Below are positions 42,274 to 54,358 of a DNA stretch of 64,000 nt, piece by piece (the first letter of the stretch is position 1; each line of letters opens with the position of its first letter). The DNA is from Eledone cirrhosa (taxonomy: Eukaryota), in the NCBI GenBank assembly GCA_964016885.1, contig OZ024742.1, forward strand, positions 348,130,001-348,194,000. Reading direction: 5' to 3'. Below the pieces are notes generated by a model that saw nothing but the letters and a program-made list of their open reading frames with translations, did no database searches and was not told the DNA's origin. A program made the position numbers and the translations under genes.

Positions 42274-42540
42274 CACATATCCTCTACATGGATCACCCAT
42301 GTCTCATTGCCATGTAGCATCACATATCCTCTACATTTACTACCCATGTCTCACTACCATTTAGCAGCACATATCCTCTACATTTACTACCCATGTCTCA
42401 CTACCATGTAACATCTTCTACATTCTCTACCCATGTCTCACTACCATGTAACATCACATATCCTCTACATTCACTACCCATCTCTCACTACCATATAGCA
42501 TCACATATCCTCTACATTTGCTACCCTTCTCTCACAGCCA
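42274..42540. repeat. 47-bp minisatellite, about 6 imperfect copies (CACATATCCTCTACATTTACTACCCATGTCTCACTACCATGTAGCAT)
   Basis: Direct tandem repetition; one copy is shortened. Confidence 0.85.
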
Positions 42541-42562
42541 CATTATATTTGTCATGTTGCAG

Positions 42563-42674
42563 GGTCTAGGCTTTCCTCACGATATCAGTGTAGATGATAA
42601 GAATCATGCTGTGTATGTTGGTGACTTATTAGCTAACACAGCCTGGAAGTTACAAATGAAAACTAATTTTTTGG
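42563..42674 (+). CDS. PAM: PAM-like enzyme, exon with the last NHL repeat: GLGFPHDISVDDKNHAVYVGDLLANTAWKLQMKTNFL
   Basis: Acceptor gttgcag, donor G|gtaaga; PHD[IV]...VY[VI]GD...WK is the terminal PAL blade signature; phase 0 in, phase 1 out. Confidence 0.88.
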
Positions 42675-42694
42675 GTAAGAACATTCTCTCTGAT

Positions 42695-42905
42695 AATTCT
42701 TTCTAACATTGGCACATGGACAGAAACTTAGGGGTCGGGGAACGTCAATTATATCAACCCTAATATTTGATTGATACTTTATTTTGTCAACACCAAAAAG
42801 ATGAAAGGCAAAGTTGTCCTTGGCTGGATTTGAATTCAGAATCGAGAAAGTCATAACTAAATACCACAGAAGATTTTATCTGATGCTCTACCAATTCTGC
42901 CATTA
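42695..42905 (-). mobile_element. tRNA-derived SINE copy
   Basis: Reverse complement has a GGCAGAATTGGTAG head, TTCTGAATTCAAATCC B-box-like motif and ACTTTGCCTTTCATC core. Confidence 0.75.
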
Positions 42906-43184
42906 ATAATAATTTTTAACATTTGGGATTGAACAAAGACCGTATAAACTGGTCAAGCATATGTCAGTCTCTCTAGTTTTGGTGCTACACTAAAATATAC
43001 CCAGTACATACTAAACTCTGTAAAGTGGATGTTAATCTCTGGAGACAATATAGGGTTTGAGGGGATTTTCCAGTCAAGTTGTGCATATGATGACCTCTAG
43101 TATTAGTGCTATGATAAAATGCTCCCACTAAACTCTGTAAAGTGTTAGTGCTGGGGCTACAATAAATTATTCCCAGTACACCCT

Positions 43185-43350
43185 GTAAGGTGGTTGGTAT
43201 TAGGAATAACATTCAGCTGTAGAAACTATGCCAAATATAGAATGTATGAGCAAAATAAGGTCTCTCTGACCCTTCTAGTCACATACTGTGACAACTCATC
43301 CACATGCCAGCATGGAAAGCAGATATAAAATGATGATTATGATGATCATG
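43185..43350 (+). mobile_element. RTE-type 3' tail remnant (SINE or LINE end) finishing in (GAT)n
   Basis: GGTTGGTATTAGGAA...CAGCTGTAGAAA...CATGCCAGCATGGAAAGCAGA...TGATGAT; same motif order as 61910-62070. Confidence 0.6.
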
Positions 43351-43705
43351 GCTATACAATCAGTGTAATCTAAATACTAACAGATCCTGTTCATCTCCCA
43401 CCTACAAAGTCTATACTTTCACTGCCATAGTTTACACTAGGTATACTGTATGAAATTCTACCTGTTCCTTTCCGTCATATTGGGCACAGCCATTCTCCTT
43501 ATGACAGCAGAGTCTGGCCGTCTTTCCTACTCATTAAAACTTTAATTGCTGTTAAGTAGCAACAGTAAATCACTACCTTTTCTACAAATGTGTGTATGTA
43601 TGTATGTATGGACACAGATGGGCACACACACACACACACACATCCATCCATTAACATGTATTTTTAGAAATATTAAATTTTTATTTCTGAAATCTTTATT
43701 ACCAG

Positions 43706-43891
43706 GATCTTTCTCGAAAAAGAATCAAATTCCTCTGCCTGCAGTAACTCAAAATGTTCCATTGTTTGATAATGGGCTGGAAGAAGCATCTGGGTCCAAT
43801 TTCAAAGCCTCTGTCATTGTTGGCAGTCTTTTAGTTGCCCCTATGTTCTTCATAGTACTCATAACTGTTTTCATGCGTTATTATCATGCAG
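43706..43891 (+). CDS. PAM: PAM-like enzyme, linker and transmembrane exon: (G)SFSKKNQIPLPAVTQNVPLFDNGLEEASGSNFKASVIVGSLLVAPMFFIVLITVFMRYYHA
   Basis: Acceptor ttattaccag, consensus donor G|gtaagt; hydrophobic stretch VIVGSLLVAPMFFIVLITVFM followed by R; phase 1 at both ends, consistent with neighbouring exons. Confidence 0.85.
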
Positions 43892-44067
43892 GTAAGTCTT
43901 ACACTTTACAGAGATTCTCATGAAATAATCTGTTGTGGTCTTGTTTTTTTTTGTCTAGCTCCAGATCAGCCCTGATGGAATATTCTAACCAGGATCTTCC
44001 TATCTTTTTTTTTTTACAAACATAATGGACACATCAACCTCTCTAGTGTTGGTGGTGTATTTTGTTA

Positions 44068-47000
44068 GAGGTGCCTACTGACTGTAGGTTTCACTTTGTA
44101 CTTAGGCAAGGCGGGTCTTCTGTATGACTGTGTAGCGGCAAAGATCTTGGTCCAGTGACATTGTCTTGGAGAGGTGTAAGTGTGTGAGGTTGGAATTTAT
44201 CAAGTCGTCCCAGGTTTTTCTGGGTCTGCCTACTCTGTGGCTACCGTCTATTTTTATCGCCCTGCACTTTTTTATACAGCTGTTGTCTTTCATGCGCATC
44301 ACGTGACCATACCAACGTAGTCTTCTCTCGAGTAAACAACATCTGATCCCTCTTATTCCTAATTTCTCCCTTAGTTCATTTATGCTTTGCCGTTCACGTA
44401 TATTACTATTACACATCCAGCGGAGTATGCAAGCTTCGTTTCTCTCCAGTCTGCGTATATCCTCTGCACACAATGCCCAGGTCTCACTGCCATGTAACAT
44501 TGCTGTTCGTATGCAGGCATCATACAGCCTGCCTTTCATTTTTAGAGAGAACCCTTTAGCGGCCAATAGTGGTATAAGCTCTCTGAACTTTTTCCATCCC
44601 GTTCTGACTCTAGCTACTGTACTTTCAGAGCACCCTCCCCCACTGCTGATTTTGTCACCCAGGTAGTACTATTTCTATAGAACCATCTGTGCAATGGAAT
44701 GAGCTAGTATTCTGCTAGATTTTATATGTGGCCGGCACTTGCTGCTACTTATTGCACCAGAGCACTGGCCACATATAAAATCTATATTCTTAGTTAGCTT
44801 ACCTGTGATCCCACTACATCTTTTATGCACCCATACTTTGCATTTGGGACATAAAATGGAGTTTCTGCCTACTCCTTTCCTACACACTGAGCATGGCCAT
44901 TTCCCAGATGGGACCAGTGCCCTATTTTCCTTCCTACAAACTAGAACTTTAGTCTTAGACAAGTTAACTTTAACGCCTTTTGATTCTAGGCCATGCTTCC
45001 ATGTTTGGAATTTCTTCTCTAGTTCAGCCATTGATTCAGCTATGAGCGTTAGATCATCTGCATATAGGAGTTCCCATGGGCAGCCGGTCTTGAACTCCTC
45101 TGTTATAGCCTGAAGGGCAATAATAAATAGTAGGGGGCTAAGGATGGAGCCCTGATGAACACCAACTTTTACGCTAAACTCTTCACTATATTCGTTGTTA
45201 ATTCTTACCTTGCTGACTGTTTCTTTATACATGGCTTGTATAGCTCTCACAAGCCATTCATCAACACCTAGTTTTCTAAGCGTCCACCAGATAATGGAGC
45301 GGGGTACTCTGTCAAAGGCTTTCTCCAAGTCAACAAAAGCTAAGTATAGGGGTTTACTTTTAGCTAGGTACTTCTGTAGTTGTCGTACAATGAAAAGAGC
45401 GTCTGTGGTACTTTTACCTGACACAAACCCGAACTGCATTTCATCTAGATCAATTCGTTCTGATTAGTTGCGCTATTACTTTTTATGTGACCTTCATGAC
45501 CTGGTCGATTAATTTAATGCCTCTATAGTTACCCCTATCAAGAGCATCTCCTTTACCCTTGTAGCAGTTAATGATGATGCTGCTATGCCAGTCCTTTGGA
45601 ACGGCCCCATTCTGTATGACTTGGTTTACTATCCGGGTGACCATAGTGTGTCCCACCGTTCCAGATGCTTTCAGCATTTCAGCAACTATTTCCGAAGGCC
45701 TAGCCGCCTTACCCGTCTTCATATCTTTGATTGCCTTACTTATTATACTACCTTCAACTAGCACTGCTGGTCCCTCTATTGGATCGATGTGGGGGAGACT
45801 GTCTTTCTCCCATTTATTCTCCTCATTTAGTAGCCTTTCGTAGTGACACTTCCAAGCTACCTTCTTATCAGCGTCAGTGATGGCAAGTACACCATCATCA
45901 TTAAGGACACACTTCTCGCCGACAATATCACGGTTTTCCTTGACACATTGCCTAGCAATCCTGAACACCTCACGTTTTTGGTCCTCGCGTTGTAGAACAT
46001 GCTTGAACTTTATTTCCTCTGCTTCTCTTCTGGCCACTTGATAGTCTTCTCTACTTCCCCCATCCTGCCATACTTTCCAAGCCTGCTTTTTGGCCTTAAT
46101 TGACTCCTGCATCTTACTGTTCCACCACCACGTTACTCTGCTCCTGCCTATAGGCTTGCTCCAGCCACAGACTTCATCTGCTGCCTTCAGCAGGTTAGCT
46201 TTCAGGAATTCCCACTGTTCCTCTATATTGTACGACTCTAATTGCTCTTCCTTACTGTCGAAAGCATCAAGTAATATGCTTTTAAATTTATTACTGGCTG
46301 TGGGGTCCTTTAGCTTCCATATTTTTCTCCTGAGGATAGTCCTCCTCTGTTGTCGAGTACATCTTGTCCTGACTATGAGGTCGCTGACTATGAGTCTATG
46401 TTGGGAGGTGCATTCTTCATGGGGGAGGGATTTAGTGTTTACAACAGACACTCTATCATGTCTTCTGGTAAGGATATAATCTATCTGACTGGCGTGTTCC
46501 CCTGATCTATAGGTGATCAAGTGATTGTCTCGTATTTTGAAGTTAGTGTGACAGATAGTTAGGTTATTTGCGTCACAGAATTCAAGGATTCTAGAGCCTT
46601 CCTCATTTCTAGTACCAAACCCATAGCCTCCATGGATTCCGTCATAGCCGTCACAATGTTGTCCAACGTGATCATTTAGGTCGCCAGCAATAATTATGTA
46701 GTCACTGTCGGTTATTTGGGAGGTAGTGAGCATCAATGTCTCATAGAATCTGTCTTTTATAGCGCCAGGCAGTCCAGATTGGGGTGTATACGCAGATATT
46801 ACTGTCACAGTAGTTCTATTTAGGACAAGTCTTATTTTAATTATTCTGTCGTTCACTCTATTTACGTCTATTATCTTATCTACCCATTTTTCTGCTAACA
46901 TGATTCCTACCCCACCCAGCCCATTTTCATTTCCCACCCAGAAAAGCTTATAGCATCGTTTTTTACCCACAATGAATCTAGCAGACCCACCCCTCCACCT

Positions 47001-47475
47001 GGTCTCTTGGATACAGCAAACATCAACCTCCTTACGCTCAAGCATTTCTACAACCTCGTTAGAGCGACCTTTTAAGGTGTCTACATTCATGGTACGAACT
47101 CTGAAGTTAAAGATTAAGAGGGACAAGGAGGCCATTTTATAAATCCTAGAATTTTTCGGCCAAAATTAAACAAACAAGATTGTTATTTTTGAAAAACAAA
47201 TGAGGCATTTTACGAGAGGGTTTAAATGAAATCTTCGAATTTTGGGCATAATTGGACAAGCATATAACAGTAATAATAAGCGAATAATGGGGTTTTAAAA
47301 TACAAGAAGATTATTTAGAAACAACCAGACAGAATTATAGGATAGCATTGAGAGAGAGCAAAAGATTGGATTCTGGGCGATGATACAGATATATGAATGA
47401 ATGGACCGATAGGCTGGAGAGAGATAAGAAAAATGGCATTTACATTACACTTCGCAGGGGACGACGAGGTCTAGC
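44068..47475 (-). mobile_element. Near full-length inactivated RTE-clade LINE (APE endonuclease plus reverse transcriptase), antisense in the last intron
   Basis: Single ORF broken into 47135-45483, 45439-44675 and 44566-44102; APE motifs CIQETRW, IAGDLN and QIDYIL; RT motifs QFGF, FVDLEKAFD, GVHQGSILSP and LYADD; RTE C-terminal RWYGHV and GRPRKTW; candidate TSD TTTTGTTA at 44060-44067 and 47476-47483. Confidence 0.95.
44102..47135 (-). pseudogene. RTE ORF pseudogene with one nonsense codon and at least three frameshifts
   Basis: TAA at 45485-45483 within VMKVT*KVIAQLIR; frameshift before (R)IDLDEMQFGF; ~20-nt insertion near 44715-44734; deletion just before YLGDKIS. Confidence 0.85.
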
Positions 47476-47699
47476 TTTTGTTAATGTATATCAGCAAAAA
47501 ATATAAACATTGGTGGTAAAACTTTGAAGTATTTGTTCTACTCTCGTTGCACAAACACTCCCGTGTGAATCTCAGCATTATAAAGAAAGTGAACCTGTAA
47601 GAAACTATACCACTGTTCACAAAATGCAATATAAAATAAATAGATGAATAGATTTGTTACTGTTGCATGGCAGGAATGAAATTCAGTGCTGTGAAAACT

Positions 47700-48320
47700 G
47701 AAACATTTATCCTCCCAAGAAAGCCTGTACACTGCACGCTGCATATGTGTGGAGTTACACTGAAGCAGGTGAAGAAGTTAAAGTATCTCAGAGCCATTTT
47801 CAGGAGGCAGCAGACCTAATTAAATACAAGGATTGCTGGAGCTGGGGAAGTAATGCACCAGTTTCAGCATTCAGTCACCAGAAGAAGGGAAGTAGGTGTA
47901 AAAGCCAAACTCTCTATCTTTAATTTGGTGTTCATGCCAACCCTTATCTATGGTTATGAATCTTGGCTATTAACTGAAAGAATATGATCACGAATACAAG
48001 CGGATGAAATGGGGTTCCTCTGAAGGGTTTTGAGAGTAATGTTACTTAATAGGGTGCATAGCTACTTCTCCACATTGAAAGATCACAGCTCAGGTATTAT
48101 AGACATGTGGTTAGAATGTCTAAGGAGAGAACTGCTGGACAGATTTTACGGGCAAAGTCAATTGGCAGAAGACTCAGAGGTAGACCACAAACAATATGGT
48201 TGGATAACATCCATAGCTCAGTTGCTATTGTTTGGGGATCCATCCAGACCATGTGGAGGGGGTTGCTTCTGAAAGGACCCACAAAAAGCATGTCTAAATA
48301 CTCTGCCCCTACAGCCCTTC
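47700..48320 (+). mobile_element. Decayed 3' fragment of a different RTE lineage (Expander/Rex3-like)
   Basis: Remnant translation LKQVKKLKYL...KAKLSIFNLVFMPTLIYGYESW...SRIQADEMGFL...HVVRMSKER...GRRLRGRPQTIWLDNI, with stops and frameshifts. Confidence 0.8.
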
Positions 48321-48599
48321 TAGAAATAAGTAGCCAAAGAAAAAAGAAATAGATAAATAAAATATACACACTTATGGAAATAAATTACCTTTTCATTGTA
48401 AAGTTGTAATATTTATATTGAGGCCCCTTCAATATTTTCTCAGCACTGGACTGTGTGTCTTACCAGCCCAGTCCTGACTGGGTATCTTCTCAATCCTGTG
48501 GACTGTGTGTTTTACTAACTTAAACTTTGGTTTGTGGCCTGTGTGTTTTACCTATACAATTGTGTGTATTCCCAATTTAAATCCAAGTCTATTTTCTCA

Positions 48600-51500
48600 A
48601 CTCAGCTCTGGACTATGTATTGTACCAAGCCAGCCCTGACCTGTGTATTGTACCAACCCAGCCCTGACCTATGTATTGTACCAACCCAGCCCTAGACTAT
48701 GTATTGTACCAAGCCAGCCCTGACCTGTGTATTGTACCAACCCAGCCCTGACCTATGTATTGTACCAAGCCAGCCCTAAACTATGTATTGTACCAACCCA
48801 GCCCTGACCTATGTATTGTACCAACCCAGCCCTGACCTATGTATTGTACCAAGCCAGCCCTAAACTATGTATTGTACCAACCCAGCCCTGACTTTTGTAT
48901 TGTACCAACCCAGCCCTGACCTGTGTATTGTACCAACCCAGCCCTAGACTATGTATTGTACCAACCCAGCCCTAGACTATGTATTGTACCAACCCAGCCC
49001 TGACCTGTGTATTGTACCAACCCAGCTCTAGACTATATATTGTACCAACCCAGCCCTGACTTGTGTATTGTACCAACCCAGCCCTAGACTATGTATTGTA
49101 CCAACCCAGCCCTGACCTATGTATTGTACCAACCCAGCCCTGACCTGTGTATTGTACCAACCCAGCCCTGACCTGTGTATTGTACCAACCCAGCCCTGAC
49201 TTGTGTATTGTACCAACCCAGCCCTGACCTGTGTATTGTACCAACCCAGCCCTGACCTGTGTATTGTACCAACCCAGCCCTGACCTATGTATTGTACCAA
49301 CCCAGCCCTGACTTGTGTATTGTACCAACCCAGCCCTAGACTATGTATTGTACCAACCCAGCCCTGACCTATGTATTGTACCAACCCAGCCCTGACCTAT
49401 GTATTGTACCAACCCAGCCCTGACCTATGTATTGTACCAAGCCAGCCCTGACCTGTGTATTGTACCAACCCAGCTCTAGACTATGTATTGTACCAACCCA
49501 GCCCTGACCTATGTATTGTACCAACCCAGCCCTGACCTATGTATTGTACCAACCCAGCCCTGACCTATGTATTGTACCAACCCAGCTCTAGACTATGTAT
49601 TGTACCAAGCCAGCTCTGACCTGTGTATTGTACCAACCCAGCCCTGACCTGTGTATTGTACCAACCCAGCTCTAGACTATGTATTGTACCAACCCAGCCC
49701 TAGACTATGTATTGTACCAAGCCAGCCCTGACCTGTGTATTGTACCAACCCAGCCCTGACCTGTGTATTGTACCAACCCAGCCCTGACCTATGTATTGTA
49801 CCAACCCAGCCCTGACCTATGTATTGTACCAACCCAGCCCTGACCTATGTATTGTACCAACCCAGCCCTGACCTATGTATTGTACCAACCCAGCCCTAGA
49901 CTATGTATTGTACCAACCCAGCCCTAGACTATATATTGTACCAACCCAGCCCTGACCTATGTATTGTACCAACCCAGCTCTAGACTATATATTGTACCAA
50001 CCCAGCCCTGACCTATGTATTGTACCAACCCAGCCCTGACCTATGTATTGTACCAACCCAGCCCTGACCTATATATTGTACCAACCCAGCCCTGACCTGT
50101 GTATTGTACCAACCCAGCCCTGACCTATGTATTGTACCAACCCAGCCCTAGACTATGTATTGTACCAACCCAGCTCTAGACTATATATTGTACCAACCCA
50201 GCCCTGACCTATGTATTGTACCAACCCAGCCCTGACCTTTGTATTGTACCAACCCAGCCCTGACCTATGTATTGTACCAACCCAGCTCTAGACTATATAT
50301 TGTACCAACCCAGCCCTGACCTATGTATTGTACCAACCCAGCCCTGACCTATGTATTGTACCAACCCAGCCCTGACCTATGTATTGTACCAACCCAGCCC
50401 TGACCTGTGTATTGTACCAAGCCAGCCCTGACCTGTGTATTGTACCAACCCAGCCCTGACCTATGTATTGTACCAAGCCAGCCCTAGACTATGTATTGTA
50501 CCAAGCCAGCCCTGACCTGTGTATTGTACCAACCCAGCCCTGACCTATGTATTGTACCAACCCAGCCCTGACCTATGTATTGTACCAAGCCAGCCCTGAC
50601 CTGTGTATTGTACCGACCCAGCTCTAGACTATGTATTGTACCAACCCAGCCCTGACCTGTGTATTGTACCAAGCCAGCCCTGACCTGTGTATTGTACCAA
50701 CCCAGCTCTAGACTATGTATTGTACCAACCCAGCCCTGACCTGTGTATTGTACCAAGCCAGCCCTGACCTGTGTATTGTACCAACCCAGCTCTAGACTAT
50801 GTATTGTACCAACCCAGCCCTGACCTGTGTATTGTACCAACCCAGCCCTAGACTATGTATTGTACCAACCCAGCCCTGACCTATGTATTGTACCAACCCA
50901 GCCCTGACCTATGTATTGTACCAAGCCAGCCCTGACCTGTGTATTGTACCAACCCAGCCCTAGACTATGTATTGTACCAACCCAGCCCTGACCTATGTAT
51001 TGTACCAACCCAGCCCTGACCTATGTATTGTACCAACCCAGCCCTGACCTGTGTATTGTACCAACCCAGCCCTAGACTATGTATTGTACCAACCCAGCTC
51101 TGACCTATGTATTGTACCAAGCCAGCCCTGACTTGTGTATTGTACCAACCCAGCCCTAGACTATGTATTGTTCCAACCCAGCCCTGACCTATATATTGTA
51201 CCAACCCAGCCCTGACCTATGTATTGTACCAACCCAGCCCTGACCTATATATTGTACCAACCCAGCCCTGACCTATGTATTGTACCAACCCAGCCCTGAC
51301 CTATGTATTGTACCAACCCAGCCCTGACCTATGTATTGTACCAAGCCAGCCCTGACCTATGTATTGTACCAACCCAGCCCTGACCTGTGTATTGTACCAA
51401 CCCAGCCCTGACCTATGTATTGTACCAACCCAGCCCTAGACTATGTATTGTACCAACCCAGCCCTTACCTGTGTATTGTACCAACCCAGCCCTGACCTGT

Positions 51501-54068
51501 GTATTGTACCAACCCAGCCCTGACCTGTGTATTGTACCAACCCAGCCCTGACCTATGTATTGTACCAACCCAGCCCTAGACTATGTATTGTTCCAACCCA
51601 GCCTTGACCTATGTATTGTACCAACCCAGCCCTGACCTGTGTATTGTATCAACCCAGCCCTGACCTGTGTATTGTACCAACCCAGCCCTGACCTATGTAT
51701 TGTACCAAGCCAGCCCTGACCTATGTATTGTACCAACCCAGCCCTAGACTATGTATTGTACCAACCCAGCCCTGACCTGTGTATTGTACCAACCCAGCCC
51801 TGACCTATGTATTGTACCAAGCCAGCCCTGACCTATGTATTGTACCAACCCAGCCCTAGACTATATATTGTACCAACCCAGCCCTGACCTTTGTATTGTA
51901 CCAACCCAGCCCTGACCTATGTATTGTACCAAGCCAGCTCTGACCTGTGTATTGTACCAACCCAGCCCTAGACTATGTATTGTACCAACCCAGCCCTGAC
52001 CTATGTATTGTACCAACCCAGCCCTAGACTATATATTGTACCAACCCAGCCCTGACCTATGTATTGTACCAACCCAGCCCTAGACTATGTATTGTACCAA
52101 GCCAGCCCTAGACTATATATTGTACCAACCCAGCCCTGACCTATGTATTGTACCAACCCAGCCCTAGACTATGTATTGTACCAACCCAGCCCTAGACTAT
52201 ATATTGTACCAACCCAGCCCTGACCTATGTATTGTACCAACCCAGCCCTAGACTATGTATTGTACCAAGCCAGCCCTAGACTATAGCCCTAGACTATGTA
52301 TTGTACCAAGCCAGCCCTAGACTATAGCCCTAGACTATGTATTGTACCAACCCAGCCCTGACCTATGTATTGTACCAACCCAGCTCTGACCTGTGTATTG
52401 TACCAACCCAGCCCTAGACTATATATTGTACCAACCCAGCCCTGACTTGTGTATTGTACCAACCCAGCCCTAGACTATATATTGTACCAACCCAGCCCTG
52501 ACCTATGTATTGTACCAAGCCAGCCCTAGACTATGTATTGTACCAAGCCAGCCCTAGACTATGTATTGTACCAACCCAGCCCTAGACTATGTATTGTACC
52601 AACCCAGCCCTGACCTGTGTATTGTACCAACCCAGCCCTGACCTATGTATTGTACCAACCCAGCCCTAGACTATGTATTGTACCAACCCAGCCCTGACCT
52701 GTGTATTGTACCAACCCAGCCCTAGACTATGTATTGTACCAACCCAGCCCTGACCTATGTATTGTACCAACCCAGCCCTGACCTGTGTATTGTACCAACC
52801 CAGCCCTAGGCTATGTATTGTACGAAGCCAGCCCTAGACTATATATTGTACCAACCCAGCCCTGACCTGTGTATTGTACCAACCCAGCCCTAGACTATGT
52901 ATTGTACCAAGCCAGCCCTAGACTATATATTGTACCAACCCAGCCCTGACCTATGTATTGTACCAACCCAGCCCTGACCTATGTATTGTACCAACCCAGC
53001 CCTAGACTATGTATTGTACCAAGCCAGCCCTAGACTATATATTGTACCAACCCAGCCCTGACCTATGTATTGTACCAACCCAGCCCTAGACTATGTATTG
53101 TACCAAGCCAGCCCTGACCTGTGTATTGTACCAACCCAGCCCTAGACTATATATTGTACCAACCCAGCCCTGACCTGTGTATTGTACCAACCCAGCCCTA
53201 GACTATATATTGTACCAACCCAGCCCTGACCTGTGTATTGTACCAACCCAGCCCTAGACTATGTATTGTACCAACCCAGCCCTAGACTATGTATTGTACC
53301 AACCCAGCCCTAGACTATATATTGTACCAACCCAGCCCTGACCTATGTATTGTACCAACCCAGCCCTAGACTATGTATTGTACCAACCCAGCCCTGACCT
53401 ATGTATTGTACCAACCCAGCCCTAGACTATGTATTGTACCAAGCCAGCCCTAGACTATATATTGTACCAACCCAGCCCTGACCTATGTATTGTACCAACC
53501 CAGCCCTAGACTATGTATTGTACCAACCCAGCCCTAGACTATATATTGTACCAACCCAGCCCTGACCTATGTATTGTACCAACCCAGCCCTAGACTATGT
53601 ATTGTACCAAGCCAGCCCTAGACTATATATTGTACCAACCCAGCCCTGACCTATGTATTGTACCAACCCAGCCCTAGACTATGTATTGTACCAACCCAGC
53701 CCTAGACTATATATTGTACCAACCCAGCCCTGACCTATGTATTGTACCAACCCAGCCCTAGACTATGTATTGTACCAAGCCAGCCCTAGACTATATATTG
53801 TACCAACCCAGCCCTGACCTATGTATTGTACCAACCCAGCCCTAGACTATGTATTGTACCAACCCAGCCCTAGACTATGTATTGTACCAACCCAGCCCTA
53901 GACTATGTATTGTACCAACCCAGCCCTGACCTGTGTATTGTACGAAGCCAGCCCTAGACTATATATTGTACCAACCCAGCCCTGACCTATGTATTGTACC
54001 AACCCAGCCCTGACCTATGTATTGTACCAACCCAGCCCTGACCTATGTATTGTACCAACCCAGCCCTG
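48600..54068. repeat. 28-bp tandem satellite, about 195 monomers, TGTACCAACCCAGCCC(TGACC/TAGAC)T(A/G)TGTAT
   Basis: Direct tandem repetition; degenerate precursor-like units at about 48430-48600. Confidence 0.97.
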
Positions 54069-54132
54069 AAAAATGTTTTGTTTTATCAGGAAATGATTTG
54101 ACAACTGCAGTATTTTTAATTTTTATTTGTAG

Positions 54133-54320
54133 GCAAGTTAAAATGTTGTGACTACAGGAGAAACATGGCTGGTCATCAACACAGGTCCTTTTTTGGTAAC
54201 CTTCTGATTGACCGACACAAAGGCTTCAACCCTTTAAATACGGAGGACAGTGATCATGAGATAGACCCACTGAATAATTCAGATGATGAAGATGACTACA
54301 GAATCACAAGGAAGACTTGA
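54133..54320 (+). CDS. PAM: PAM-like enzyme, terminal exon (cytosolic tail): (G)KLKCCDYRRNMAGHQHRSFFGNLLIDRHKGFNPLNTEDSDHEIDPLNNSDDEDDYRITRKT*
   Basis: Acceptor ttttatttgtag; phase 1 matches the 43891 donor; KGFNPLNTEDSDHE plus an acidic run parallels vertebrate PAM KGFDRLSTEGSDQE; TGA at 54318-54320; absent from the ORF track. Confidence 0.85.
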
Positions 54321-54343
54321 AGCCTCACAACAGATTTTAAGTA

Positions 54344-54358
54344 AATAAAAAAAATAAA
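54344..54358 (+). terminator. Candidate polyadenylation signals (two AATAAA)
   Basis: AATAAA begins 24 nt after the stop codon, but within an A-rich tract, so it may be chance. Confidence 0.35.

Noticed and set aside
41594-42364. Pro-, Val- and Ser-rich ORFs
   Set aside because: Products of the (ACC)n microsatellite and adjacent low-complexity intron sequence.
44382-46479. Plus-strand ORFs overlapping the RTE
   Set aside because: Antisense shadows of the LINE ORF with no independent motifs.
49028-51204. MVQY(I/T)GQGW repeat ORFs
   Set aside because: Three-monomer translations of the 28-bp satellite.
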